From the NCBI GenBank assembly GCA_965662845.1, contig CBFIJD010000013.1, positions 1 through 64,000 of the forward strand: DNA of 64,000 nucleotides, given 5' to 3'. The DNA is from an uncultured bacterium. GTDB lineage: Bacteria; SAR324; NAC60-12. Both the position numbers and the translations under genes were made by a program. The stretch's first letter is position 1. Each line of letters begins with the position of its first letter. This document shows, one piece after another, positions 1-10,176 of this stretch. Under the pieces are notes generated by a model, which did not search any database, was not told the DNA's origin, and saw only the letters and a list, made by a program, of their open reading frames with translations.

Positions 1-165
1 AATGAATGCCAACGGCCAAGCGAGCAGCCACGCTTGTAGCCAGCGGCCGACAAAGCCCACGCTGAGACCAGTGTTGACCGCGGTGATGATCGCGCTCATG
101 AACCACGACATGAACATTGCCATCAGAAAGCCGGTGAGCGGAGCGCGAAAGCGAGACGGAATCAT
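1..165 (-). CDS. DUF2798-like small membrane protein (partial, runs off the window start)
   Basis: Manual translation of the minus strand from ATG 165: MIPSRFRAPLTGFLMAMFMSWFMSAIITAVNTGLSVGFVGRWLQAWLLAWPLAFI. The M-S-x-x-M-S and W-x-x-A-W-x-x-A-W-P-x-A-F pattern is typical of DUF2798. Not in the ORF track. Confidence 0.75.
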   Translation of the reverse strand, partial: MIPSRFRAPLTGFLMAMFMSWFMSAIITAVNTGLSVGFVGRWLQAWLLAWPLAFI

Positions 166-702
166 AAGCGCCTGTTTTGGAAAAAAGTTTGCTGAAAGGG
201 CCAGTGGAGCGCTGTCGACCTCATTTTATCTCAACTCCTGAATATTTGAATTTTTTAATTCAAGGTTTGGATTACGATTCTAGGACTACCGTCGGTTGTC
301 AACAGAAAACAGAGTAAAGCCTCAAATCAATGCCATCACAGCAAATCGAGGCTCTGTGGAAAGCTTCACACGCGCGCCACCTTCTCTTGCCAAAGTGCCG
401 ACCGCTGCGTGAAATCAACAGAGGCCCACTTCACTGCGATGGGAAGTACGTTACTAGAGCCAACCTCGGTCAAGGCGCGCGCGGCGGCAGCCTTTACAGT
501 CGGTGTCTGGTACACGGCCACTCTGCCATTCAGCAGCACGACGCGGGTTCCACTCCGTTGAGCGAACGACCCCATGGTTGCAAAGTGTGATTTTTTTACA
601 TTGTGCAGCGTGGTTTTGGGATCGGGGCTGTGCGAAGAAGACGGTTCGGGGGGTGTCGATGATACGAGAGATTGGAGAAACGGACTTTGCTTGGGAGCTG
701 TG

Positions 703-778
<76 letters not shown>

Positions 779-799
779 AGATCGGAGGGAAAGCGCACA

Positions 800-828
800 A
801 GAATATGTAACCTCATTTTTGATTGCAA
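800..828 (-). promoter_or_regulatory. sigma70-type promoter of tRNA-Phe
   Basis: TTGCAA-17 nt-TATTCT on the minus strand, about 20 nt upstream of the tRNA. Confidence 0.7.
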
Positions 829-836
829 GACTTTTC

Positions 837-2144
837 TTAGTGGACTGAAATTTTTCGTAGCTGATGGAGCGCAAGCCCCATCAACAACAAGAAGGCCGTC
901 TGCACTTCGCCGTCGCGAAAATTATTTTCAAAGAGGCTCCCTGTCATAAAGCCACAGACTCCCGCGATGGTGCCCCACAGCACTGAGCCCGACCAGCTCG
1001 ATGCCGCGTGAATTTGTAGGGCGCGGACACAAGCGAACAAGACTCCTCCCAAAATGCCCAGATAGGCCAACAACCCGAACACGCCGTAGTTCAGCCAGGT
1101 TTGCAGGTAGAGGTTGTGCACCCCAGCGCTCGCTTTGTTGAAGAAGCGATGTTTGTACTCTTGTGTCAACGGTTCTCGGTATTGTGGCATCACTTGCTGA
1201 TCATTTGCGTAGCCAATTCCCAACCAAAAGTGATCCCGAATGCCAGAGACGCCCGTCTGCCACATGAGCAGCCGATCTCGGTTGGAGGCGATATCAAAGC
1301 CGGTCGCGAGACGCCGCACAATTGGATTCTCTGAGCGGCGCAGCTCGGAGTTTTGTGAGAGCGTAATTTCCTGAACCAACCACCCTGCGCCAGCCAGACC
1401 GAGCAGTAGGGTCGCGATCCCAAACCAACGGGAAATGCGCCAAAGCCCCACCCAGAGCGCGACCGCAATCCCGAGCCAGACACTGCGCCCCAATGACGAA
1501 GCGGCGCCGACCAGCATCAGCGCGCTGCCGAGCCCATAGAGAACTCGCCAACGGAGCGACACATCCCGACACATCGCCAAGAAGCCAAACAGCGGGAACC
1601 ACAACAGTAAGTAGCCACCATACGTCAAGTGATGAGTAAAGTTCCCTTTCCCGTGATAGGTCACGTTGCCCGCAGCATCCGTCAGATACACGGTAGGATT
1701 CCGGCGTTCTGGCAAGCGCAACCAGTCTGCGCCGGTGAAATACTGAATCACGCCATACAACGCGATCAGCACCAAGGCCCAAAAAAAGAAACGGATGAGT
1801 CGCGGTTCATCGACTTCAAACAGCGCTGCCGCGAGCACAAACGGCAACAACAAGCGCCAGTTGTTCCGCAGGGCCATCGCGTGGTCAATCCCCTGATACT
1901 CGTTCAACATCCCACTGAGCACTGTTATCGCAGCAAAAGCCAAGATGGGTACTAGCAGCCAATGGGTGTCCAGCGTTGGCATCCCCCGCCGCCATCGCCA
2001 CAGCGCGAAGAGATAGATAAAGAAGATCGAGGCTTCCGATCCTGCAATGCTGAATGTACTGAAGAGGAAGAGAGCGTAAAGGAAGGTGCGTAACCACGCC
2101 GTGAGGTCACGACCTGGCCACGCGGCAGGCAAGCTCACACGCAT
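837..2144 (-). CDS. O-antigen ligase (WaaL/Wzy_C) family membrane protein
   Basis: 435 aa polytopic membrane protein with SLGRSVWLG, DRLLMW, LGIG and HNLYLQ motifs. Confidence 0.85.
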   Translation of the reverse strand: MRVSLPAAWPGRDLTAWLRTFLYALFLFSTFSIAGSEASIFFIYLFALWRWRRGMPTLDTHWLLVPILAFAAITVLSGMLNEYQGIDHAMALRNNWRLLLPFVLAAALFEVDEPRLIRFFFWALVLIALYGVIQYFTGADWLRLPERRNPTVYLTDAAGNVTYHGKGNFTHHLTYGGYLLLWFPLFGFLAMCRDVSLRWRVLYGLGSALMLVGAASSLGRSVWLGIAVALWVGLWRISRWFGIATLLLGLAGAGWLVQEITLSQNSELRRSENPIVRRLATGFDIASNRDRLLMWQTGVSGIRDHFWLGIGYANDQQVMPQYREPLTQEYKHRFFNKASAGVHNLYLQTWLNYGVFGLLAYLGILGGVLFACVRALQIHAASSWSGSVLWGTIAGVCGFMTGSLFENNFRDGEVQTAFLLLMGLALHQLRKISVH

Positions 2145-4315
2145 TAGGCGCCCGACTCATAGTGGGCTTTGTAGAGCTGATAGCTGCGATAAACACGCTT
2201 CACATAGTTGCGTGTTTCGATGTAGGGGATGCTTTCTACAAACTCGTCCAAGGGATATTCAGGGAAGCGTTGCAACCACTCGCGCATCCGCCCCGGTCCC
2301 GCGTTGTAGCCTCCGGCGATCTGCACAACTTCGTCAAAGCTGCGCGCGAGTTCTCCCAAATAGGCGGTGCCCAGCCTAGAGTTGATCAGCGGATTGAAGA
2401 GGTCGGTTTCGCTTTGCAGCTGGAAGCCTAAATCTTTAGCGACCTTCCGTGCGGTGTAAGGCATCAGCTGCATCAAACCGCGTGCCTTTGCGGGAGAAAC
2501 GGCATCGGCTTGATATAGACTCTCTTCGCGCATGATGGCCAGCGCTAGATACGGATCAATTCCCGCTTGCTTGGCCTCCGTTTGAATGTGCTCCCAGTGA
2601 GGACGCGGGAACGCAAAGCCCCAGACTCGCTGGCCTGCAATCGGCTGTCGTTTTAAATCCCACAGGTAGTGATTCGCGACGACCGTCTGCAAAGAGCGAT
2701 ACTCCCCATAGCGCTCCATGAGCAGGCTGGCCTGCCACACCAACGGACGAGAAGAATCCTCGCGCAGCGCGTCTCTCAAGTAGGCAGCGCCCAGACTCTT
2801 CTCACCGGAAGCCAACAAAAACTCGGCGAACTGGGCTTGTGCTTGTTGCGCTCCCTGCAGCTCCTGTGGCGGCTGATCATGCCAAAAGCGCTTGCTCGTG
2901 TAAGGGATTCCTCCTTGAGGCATGAAATCTTCCAGCGTGCGCCGCGCGAGCATTCCATAAAAAGTGTTGGGGTGCCATTTCTGTAAGTTGTTCACGATGC
3001 GCCGCGCGCGCGCTTGCTTGCCTTCTTGAATCGCGATCTTGGCTTGCCAATAAATGAACTTTGCTGAGACCTCCGGGTTGGCAATGCCGTTTTTTAGGCC
3101 TTGGTTGATGTAGCTGAGCGCTTGGCGATAATCCTCTGCCTTGTAGTGATACCAAGCTAGCTCCCAAGCTGCGATCTCCCCTGAACGATTGTTGGGAAAC
3201 CGCACTAGCAGGCGTTCCCACCATGGCTCTGCCAAATCATCGCGGTTGCTTCCTTTATAGTAGCGCGCGACTTCCAGCAGCACTTGGTCTAGTTCGCGGG
3301 AGCTGGGATAGCGCGCTTCCAGCGCGTCGATGGTGCGCTCTAGCTCACTCATTTTTTTCAGCTTCCGTTGCCCACGGGCTTGCCAGTACAGCTGTCGCAC
3401 CTCAGGCATGCTGTATTTTTGCGTGAAGTACCCTTCCGCGCCCAACTGCAAGGTACGGGTGTAATAGCGCTCTCGATAGTATGCATTGCTGAGGATGTCG
3501 CCCAAGCGCGCACGCTGGGAGCTGCTCGCGTACTGAGCTTGGTCTGGCAGATGGTAAATCAAATATTTGTGCGCTCCGATGCGCCGCAAGTTCTCCATAC
3601 GCTCCACGACCATGTCGCCGGAAGGCTTACGTTTCAGCTCTTGCAGCCGCTTGTGTGACCATTCTGCATCTTTCTGATCATCGGGATGCTGCCACATCGC
3701 AGCGATCACAGCGTAAGGCACATCCTGCTTTTGCTGCGAAGCTGCCTTCATGTATTTTTCTGCCAAGGGATAATGATTCAGAAAGAGATAGGGACGATTT
3801 TGCGTCTCGTCTAGCAGCGTCTTCAGCAACTTCAGCTCCGCTTTGCTGTGGAAATGCTGCGCCAGCAGAAAGCGCACAGTCGGCAGGAAGACCTCCGTTC
3901 GTTCGGCCTTGAGCAAAGTGCGCAGCTCGTTCAGGGCCTGCGCGTGGCGTCCCCAATTGAGGTACATGCGAAACTTTTGGAAATGCCAAATTTCTGCATG
4001 AGCGCTATCCTTTTCTAAACCGGTTTGAAAGACTTCCTCAGCCTCTGCATATTGCTCTGTCGCCAAATAACTCTTTCCCAACAAAATCCTGACAAGTTGT
4101 TGTTCATTCGGCGCAGGATTTTCCTCTTGCAGTCGAGAAGAGAGGTTTTCAATCAGTTGACCGTGGCGCCCTTGGTGCATGTAGGCAAGCCATTTGTTGG
4201 CTTCAGGGAAATCGGCGGCTAATGCAGGAGAAGTCCACCACAATGGCGCAGCCAGCAAAGCTCCGGCGACTGCGACGCGGTATCGTTTGGCGAGAGATTT
4301 TAGAGTGGCCAGCAT
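2144..4315 (-). CDS. slt: Soluble lytic murein transglycosylase (Slt70-like, TPR superhelix plus SLT domain)
   Basis: Signal peptide, TPR-like repeats, C-terminal AIMREES...ARGLMQLMP...GGYNAGPG...ETRNYV. Confidence 0.9.
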   Translation of the reverse strand: MLATLKSLAKRYRVAVAGALLAAPLWWTSPALAADFPEANKWLAYMHQGRHGQLIENLSSRLQEENPAPNEQQLVRILLGKSYLATEQYAEAEEVFQTGLEKDSAHAEIWHFQKFRMYLNWGRHAQALNELRTLLKAERTEVFLPTVRFLLAQHFHSKAELKLLKTLLDETQNRPYLFLNHYPLAEKYMKAASQQKQDVPYAVIAAMWQHPDDQKDAEWSHKRLQELKRKPSGDMVVERMENLRRIGAHKYLIYHLPDQAQYASSSQRARLGDILSNAYYRERYYTRTLQLGAEGYFTQKYSMPEVRQLYWQARGQRKLKKMSELERTIDALEARYPSSRELDQVLLEVARYYKGSNRDDLAEPWWERLLVRFPNNRSGEIAAWELAWYHYKAEDYRQALSYINQGLKNGIANPEVSAKFIYWQAKIAIQEGKQARARRIVNNLQKWHPNTFYGMLARRTLEDFMPQGGIPYTSKRFWHDQPPQELQGAQQAQAQFAEFLLASGEKSLGAAYLRDALREDSSRPLVWQASLLMERYGEYRSLQTVVANHYLWDLKRQPIAGQRVWGFAFPRPHWEHIQTEAKQAGIDPYLALAIMREESLYQADAVSPAKARGLMQLMPYTARKVAKDLGFQLQSETDLFNPLINSRLGTAYLGELARSFDEVVQIAGGYNAGPGRMREWLQRFPEYPLDEFVESIPYIETRNYVKRVYRSYQLYKAHYESGA

Positions 4316-4440
4316 GGTTCGTCTTCGGTTGTGTCAGAGGGAAAAAAGGCTCGGTTGAGGCAGGGGCATTCACGCAAGTCGGGCTACAGTAGCAGGCTCC
4401 CAAGCAGCTCGCAACCATCGTTTATCGGGAAAAACGGCGC

Positions 4441-5061
4441 ATGAGTGAAAAGAAGACTACAAGTTCTGTTCCCTTAATTGTGAGACAACGTAACCGCCAC
4501 ACGGGAAGGACGCGGGCGCTGCCGTATGAGCCATCCGCCGAGACCTATGACATCTTCAAAAATCCCAAAAATCCATTCTTAGAGCGCCTGATCACGGCGC
4601 GCAAAGAGCGCAGCCAGCTGCGCGCAGAACAACTAGAGAGACTCTTCGAGAAACTCGACGCAGACTCTCCGTATCGCCTGTCGTACGCCACAGCCGTGAC
4701 GGCTCACAAAAAACGGAAGATCGCGCCCGGAACGACGCCTAGCAAATCGGCGCACTTCCCAGCGCCCGAGAGCTTGCGCGAGGCGACACCTCGGTTGCAA
4801 CACTTCTTGCAGTTGTTCATGGCGCAAGTGCTGCAGCAGCTTCAAGAAGACCCGTTTCGCCTGCCACAAATTGTGAACGAGCTGGTGCCGCTCTTTGAAG
4901 AACAGGGAATTCGGCTACGCATTTATGATGCCTATCGCCAATTTCACAGCTTCGACCAACTCCTCGACACTCTCGGTAAAATCAGCGAGGACTACGAAAT
5001 TGAAAATTTTGAACTCTTCTGCAGCGCCCTCTTTGGCTTCTACAGCCAACTCGAATCCTGA
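4441..5061 (+). CDS. Hypothetical protein
   Basis: 206 aa ORF divergent from slt and overlapping the start of alr; no family recognised. Confidence 0.7.
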   Translation: MSEKKTTSSVPLIVRQRNRHTGRTRALPYEPSAETYDIFKNPKNPFLERLITARKERSQLRAEQLERLFEKLDADSPYRLSYATAVTAHKKRKIAPGTTPSKSAHFPAPESLREATPRLQHFLQLFMAQVLQQLQEDPFRLPQIVNELVPLFEEQGIRLRIYDAYRQFHSFDQLLDTLGKISEDYEIENFELFCSALFGFYSQLES

Positions 5062-6181
5062 ATCCACAGCCCTCACTCGCCCCGCGTGGGTGGAGGTGTC
5101 TCGCTCCGCCCTTCTGCACAATCTCCGTTTGATTCGACAGCACACCGCGCCCGCACAAGTAATGGCAGTGGTGAAGGCCAATGCCTATGGGCACGGGTTG
5201 CTACCGGTCGCACAGCTGCTGGCAGAAAATGGCGTTGATGCCTTGGGAGTCGCGCTGCTCGAAGAAGCGCTAGCCCTTCGTCAGCACGGGGTCAACACTC
5301 CTATCTTAGTGTTTGGAGGGCTGCTCGAACGACAAATCCCCGCTTTTTTGACGCACCAGATCGACATCACCGTCTCTTCTTTGGTCAAACTTCAGCAAGT
5401 CGAGGCCTGTGCGGTTGAGTCAGGAATCCGCGCACGGGTTCATCTCAAAATTGACACGGGCATGGGGCGCATCGGCACGCGCCACAACACTTGCGCCCCG
5501 CTGATTGAAGCCGCGGTGGCTTCAAAACAGTGCGACCTCGTCGGCATCTTTTCTCACTTTGCTTGTGCGGATGACCCCAACGATCCCCTGACGCAACAGC
5601 AACTTGAGCGGTTTCAAGACGCTCTGCGAACCTTTGAGCGACTGCAGGCGCCGGTCCCTTTGCGACATCTCGCGAACTCAGGCGCCATTCTGCACTTTCC
5701 AGAGAGCACCTTCGACATGGTGCGCCCAGGCATCATCCTCTATGGGGTGCAGCCCGATCCGTTGAGCGCGCGGGCGCTCGCCCTGCAACCTGCTCTGCGA
5801 CTGAAAGCGCGGACTGTGTTTCAAAAAGGTCTCCCGAAAGGCCACTCGGTGAGCTATGGAGCCTCTTGGACTGCGCCCAAAAACACGTGGATCAGCACGG
5901 TTCCCGTTGGATATGGTGACGGCTATTTTCGTGCTTTTTCCAACCGAGGGGCGGTGCTCAGCGGAGGGAAACGCTATGCGGTGGTGGGTCGCGTGTGCAT
6001 GGACCAATTCATGATCGAGACTCCAGAACAAGCGCTGCCCAACGACGCAGAAGTAACGTTGGTTGGGCGGGAAGGCACAGCACAAATCACGATCGAAGAG
6101 TTGGCCGAGCAGGTGGGGACAATTCCTTATGAGATCCTGACCAATCTCAACACGCGCCTGCCTCGCAAATATGTCGAGTGA
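5033..6181 (+). CDS. alr: Alanine racemase
   Basis: RPAWVEV, AVVKANAYGHG (PLP lysine), HLKIDTGMGRIG, GYGDG, GRVCMDQ, TIPYE. Start uncertain; in-frame TTG 5033 chosen. Confidence 0.95.
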   Translation: MASTANSNPESTALTRPAWVEVSRSALLHNLRLIRQHTAPAQVMAVVKANAYGHGLLPVAQLLAENGVDALGVALLEEALALRQHGVNTPILVFGGLLERQIPAFLTHQIDITVSSLVKLQQVEACAVESGIRARVHLKIDTGMGRIGTRHNTCAPLIEAAVASKQCDLVGIFSHFACADDPNDPLTQQQLERFQDALRTFERLQAPVPLRHLANSGAILHFPESTFDMVRPGIILYGVQPDPLSARALALQPALRLKARTVFQKGLPKGHSVSYGASWTAPKNTWISTVPVGYGDGYFRAFSNRGAVLSGGKRYAVVGRVCMDQFMIETPEQALPNDAEVTLVGREGTAQITIEELAEQVGTIPYEILTNLNTRLPRKYVE

Positions 6182-6362
6182 GCCCCGCAGCGTTTCACCG
6201 CTCAACGCCTCAGCAAAAGCAGCCGACGGCAGTGATAGAGTCATGAGCACTTTTGACTGGAAGGTGAGCTGATTGTTGGCATTTTCGGAAGGTTCTTTCG
6301 TCTGCACGTGTTGCAACCAATTCTGTCTGCCAAGCCCTCAACTCCCCGCCGGTGAGCGTCTC

Positions 6363-7025
6363 ATGAGTCTTTCTCCCGCTGATTTTCGTCTGATCTTCTG
6401 GGACTTTGATGGAGTCATCAAAGACTCGGTAGAAGTCAAAACCCAAGCTTTCGACTCCCTCTTCTCTGCGTACGATCCTGAAGTCCGGCGCAATGTGCGC
6501 GCACATCACGAGACCCACGGGGGAGTCTCTCGCTACATTAAGATTCCGCACTATTTTCAAGAGTTCTTAGGCCAGCAGCTCACGCATCAAGAGACCGAAC
6601 GCTATTGTCAGCAATACAGCGACGCCGTTGTGCAGGCCGTGATTGACTGTCCCTGGATTGATGGCGTGGAGGAGTTTTTGCGTGTGAACCCTTATGGGCA
6701 ACGCTTTGTGATTGTGACTGGCACCCCGCAAGACGAGATCGAGTTCATTTTGGGGAAGCTCGCCATTCGGGACGTCTTTTTTCGCATCTTCGGAGCCCCT
6801 TATGAAAAACCAGAAGTTTTGAAGCGTGTGCTCCAAGCTACGGATTACAGTCCAAGCGAGTGCCTGATGATCGGCGATTCTTTAACGGACTACGACGCGG
6901 CCATCGCGAATCAGGTGCCCTTTTTGCTGCGTGAAAACGAAGAAAACCGAGAACGGTTCGCGTTCTTCGACGGACCTCGTGTGGAAGACTTCCAACATTG
7001 GAATGCAGGCCCTGCCACTCCCTGA
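6363..7025 (+). CDS. HAD family hydrolase
   Basis: WDFDGVI motif I and MIGDSLTD motif IV. Confidence 0.9.
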   Translation: MSLSPADFRLIFWDFDGVIKDSVEVKTQAFDSLFSAYDPEVRRNVRAHHETHGGVSRYIKIPHYFQEFLGQQLTHQETERYCQQYSDAVVQAVIDCPWIDGVEEFLRVNPYGQRFVIVTGTPQDEIEFILGKLAIRDVFFRIFGAPYEKPEVLKRVLQATDYSPSECLMIGDSLTDYDAAIANQVPFLLRENEENRERFAFFDGPRVEDFQHWNAGPATP

Positions 7026-7210
7026 AATTTGGTAAGACAAATTTTCCTTGCGGCGACTCTCCGTGGAGCCCGATGCCCATGATTTAGCCCTGTTTTTGTG
7101 CGGATTCTGTTGTCAGGTCTTCTAAAATTTTGTAGTTTGACTCTTTGTGGAGTCTTCAGAGGCATCTGGTCTCTGCTCGTTTATTCATCCCAATCAAATG
7201 AGGAATTCTC

Positions 7211-7897
7211 ATGCTGAACTTCAATACTGCCCAAGAAGTTGCTTACGGTAGTATCCCCGCGTCTGCCGTATCGGTTGATGAACGCCTTGCGTTTTTGAAG
7301 AAGGTTTACACGTTGCTCGCGGCTTCTCTTGGAACCGCTGCCGTGGGGGCTTTCCTTGGAACGGGCCCCTTGTTACCGGTCGTCGCACCGAACCTGATGT
7401 TGTTTTTTGTTTTGGAGATTGGACTGATCTTCTTTGCGAACTTTGCCCAGCGCAAGCCTGGCTTGAACATGATTGCGTTGTTCAGTTTCACGACCGTCTC
7501 AGGCCTCACACTTGGCCCGCTGCTCTATCGGGTTGGCCCGATGGTCGCGACTCAAGCCTTTGCTTTGACCGCTCTGACGTTCGTGGGGCTGACGCTGTAT
7601 GTCATCTTCTCGAAGAAAGACTTCAGCTTCATGTCCGGCTTCCTGATGGTGGGGTTGATTACCGTCGTGATTGGCGGACTGTTGAACATCTTCTTGTTCC
7701 AGAGCCCGATGTTGCATTTTGCCATGTCAGGGATCGGCGTGTTCTTATTCAGTGGTTTCATCTTGTATGACACCTCCAACATCATGCGTCACTACTCGAC
7801 AGAGGATTACATCCCCGCGACGTTGGCGCTCTACCTCGATATTCTCAACCTGTTCACCTCCCTGCTGAGCCTTCTTGGTCTGGCCAACAACGACTGA
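7211..7897 (+). CDS. Bax inhibitor-1/YccA family membrane protein
   Basis: About 7 TM segments, FLKKVY, KKDFSF, ILYDT, LYLDILNLF; GAGGA RBS. Confidence 0.92.
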   Translation: MLNFNTAQEVAYGSIPASAVSVDERLAFLKKVYTLLAASLGTAAVGAFLGTGPLLPVVAPNLMLFFVLEIGLIFFANFAQRKPGLNMIALFSFTTVSGLTLGPLLYRVGPMVATQAFALTALTFVGLTLYVIFSKKDFSFMSGFLMVGLITVVIGGLLNIFLFQSPMLHFAMSGIGVFLFSGFILYDTSNIMRHYSTEDYIPATLALYLDILNLFTSLLSLLGLANND

Positions 7898-7900
7898 TTG

Positions 7901-10000
7901 ATGCGCGTGCGATGGATTGTAGGCATTGTCTTTCTGCTTGGAATACCGTTGGGACTGCTAGGGATCGGTTATCAACTTCTGCAACCGATCCTGAAAGAGT
8001 CTATTAACGAATTTGAAACAGCCATCGCGCGCTCTCCTACCAACACCGTGCTCTTTGATCGGCACGGCCAGCCTTTCTACACTCTGCGAGGTTTAGAAAA
8101 CCGCCTCCAAGTCCCGCGCACTCATCCCTCTCGCGCTCTTCAACTCAGTATTCTCGCCGCTGAAGACGCTCGTTTCTTTCAACATTATGGCATTGATCCG
8201 ATTCGGATTGCTGGCGCCCTGTGGGTCAATCTTCAGTCCGGAGGTTATCGACAAGGCGCCAGTACGCTCACCCAGCAAATGATCAAGCTCATGCTGCTCA
8301 CGCCAGAAAAGACGCTCTCGCGCAAGCTACGGGAAGCTGTGCTCGCGCTCGCGTTGGAGCAACGCCTGAGCAAGTATGAAATCCTTGAGTACTACCTGAA
8401 CACCATCTACCTCGGTCACGGAAACTATGGCGTCGAGCAGGCGGCTCGCGCCTACTTTGGCAAGTCTTCTGCGGCTCTGCATTTAGCGGAAGGCGCTCTG
8501 CTCGCAGGCATCGTCCGCCGTCCGGAGTACTATCTGCGCGTACCTAAGGACGCCTCTGCCGAAGGAGAATATTATCCTCAAGCTTGGCTAGAGAACGCGC
8601 GTGCTCGTCAACTTCAGGTGTTGCGCCAATTGGAACGACTGCAGTGGTTCTCGGCAGAAGAAATTCAGGCCGCCCGCGATTGGCCCTTGCAAGTTCGCTT
8701 GCCGCGTGGACAAGGCTCCGGAGCCTATTTCGCCCAGCAGGTCGTTTCGGAGATGCAAAACACCCATGATCTTCCGCATGTCTACGGGGGAGGATATCGC
8801 GTCTTCACCACGCTAGACGCAGAGCTGCAGCACAAGGCGGAAGAGGTCGTAAACAAACGCTTTGCCCAACGCGACGAGCAAGTGGCGCTGGTGAGTGTCG
8901 ATCCCAACACAGGAGAGGTACGCGCCTTAGTCGGAGGCAAAAACTTTCTACAATCTCAGTTCAATCGAGCCACACAAGCAGAGCGCCAACCAGGGTCAGC
9001 CATCAAACCTGTGGTCTACGCCATGGCCTTAGAACAAGGGATCGGCCCCCACTCCGTCTGGAGAGATGAGCCCTTGAACTTAGAGTGGGAGGACGTCGAG
9101 GGCTTTATGAACCTCTATACTCCAGGCAACTATGACGGAAAATTTGGGGCAGAACGAGAGATGCGTGGTTCTTCGGGAGATGTGTATTTTGCCGATACGA
9201 TGACACTGGCCAAAGCCCTAGAGATGTCGATCAACACGGTGGCCGTACAGGTGTTGCAGCGGGCTGGGCTGAACACATTCCGCGAGTTTGCACGCCAACT
9301 GTCGCTCAACATGCCCGACTCCATCGGTCTCTGTGCTGCGCTAGGATGTGCCGAGACCTCCCTGCTGACGCTCACGTCTGCCTATGTCCCTTTTGTGCAG
9401 CAAGGGCAGTTCACCCCTCCCAGTTTCATTGTGCGCATTGAAGATCCCCAAGGGCGCGTGGTCTATGAGCGACCTAAGGCCAAACCTGCGCAGGTGATGA
9501 GTGAGTGGACGGCGTTCCAGATGCGGAACATGCTCCATGGTGTCCTACAATTGGGAACCGGACGCAACGCAAACTGGAGTGAGGCCCCCTTGGGAATCGG
9601 TGGCAAGACAGGGACAACGTCAGAATATCGAGACGCTTGGTTCGTGGGGTTTGTGCCCGGGTTGGTCACTGGTGTGTGGATGGGATATGACGACAACCGC
9701 CCAATGGATCGCATGACAGGAGGAAATATGCCCGCGCGCTTGTGGCGAGATTATGCACAAACTGCTCTGCCGCTGCTGCAGGGAACAACCCTGCCCCCCG
9801 AACCCGAACATGTGCTGTTGCCAACGTGCACAATCAACGGCGAGTTGGCCACCCCTGACTGTCCTGACATCGACCTCTACGCTTATGCGTCGGATGACCC
9901 TCTGCTGATTGGAGGCGACAACGCTTCAGCAGCCGACGATTTTCCTGCCCCCACCTGGAGCTCTAGCGCAAGCGCGCGCACCTCCGTCCCCTTGCCATGA
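7901..10000 (+). CDS. Class A penicillin-binding protein (PBP1A family)
   Basis: EDARFFQH and QGASTLTQQ transglycosylase motifs; QPGSAIKP (SxxK), SIN, KTGT transpeptidase motifs. Confidence 0.93.
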   Translation: MRVRWIVGIVFLLGIPLGLLGIGYQLLQPILKESINEFETAIARSPTNTVLFDRHGQPFYTLRGLENRLQVPRTHPSRALQLSILAAEDARFFQHYGIDPIRIAGALWVNLQSGGYRQGASTLTQQMIKLMLLTPEKTLSRKLREAVLALALEQRLSKYEILEYYLNTIYLGHGNYGVEQAARAYFGKSSAALHLAEGALLAGIVRRPEYYLRVPKDASAEGEYYPQAWLENARARQLQVLRQLERLQWFSAEEIQAARDWPLQVRLPRGQGSGAYFAQQVVSEMQNTHDLPHVYGGGYRVFTTLDAELQHKAEEVVNKRFAQRDEQVALVSVDPNTGEVRALVGGKNFLQSQFNRATQAERQPGSAIKPVVYAMALEQGIGPHSVWRDEPLNLEWEDVEGFMNLYTPGNYDGKFGAEREMRGSSGDVYFADTMTLAKALEMSINTVAVQVLQRAGLNTFREFARQLSLNMPDSIGLCAALGCAETSLLTLTSAYVPFVQQGQFTPPSFIVRIEDPQGRVVYERPKAKPAQVMSEWTAFQMRNMLHGVLQLGTGRNANWSEAPLGIGGKTGTTSEYRDAWFVGFVPGLVTGVWMGYDDNRPMDRMTGGNMPARLWRDYAQTALPLLQGTTLPPEPEHVLLPTCTINGELATPDCPDIDLYAYASDDPLLIGGDNASAADDFPAPTWSSSASARTSVPLP

Positions 10001-10176
10001 TGGCGAGACTTCTGCCGCATTGAAAACCCGTCCTCATACCGCCGGCTGGGAGTTGTCAGCCTCTCCGATCCTAGATAACGAGCGGCCGCTGCGCTGAGCG
10101 CCTTGGCGGTGGCTCTTCAAGCGCCTCGACGCCCCCAGCTTTTGAGGAGATTTGCGTCTCGTGCAAACCGCTAGGT

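Noticed and set aside
2..241. 79 aa plus-strand ORF in the track
   Set aside because: The minus strand encodes a recognisable DUF2798-like protein here.
4895..5061. Long overlap of the alr ORF with the upstream gene, suggesting a programmed frameshift or fusion
   Set aside because: An in-frame TTG at 5033 gives a normal-length Alr; no slippery site is needed.
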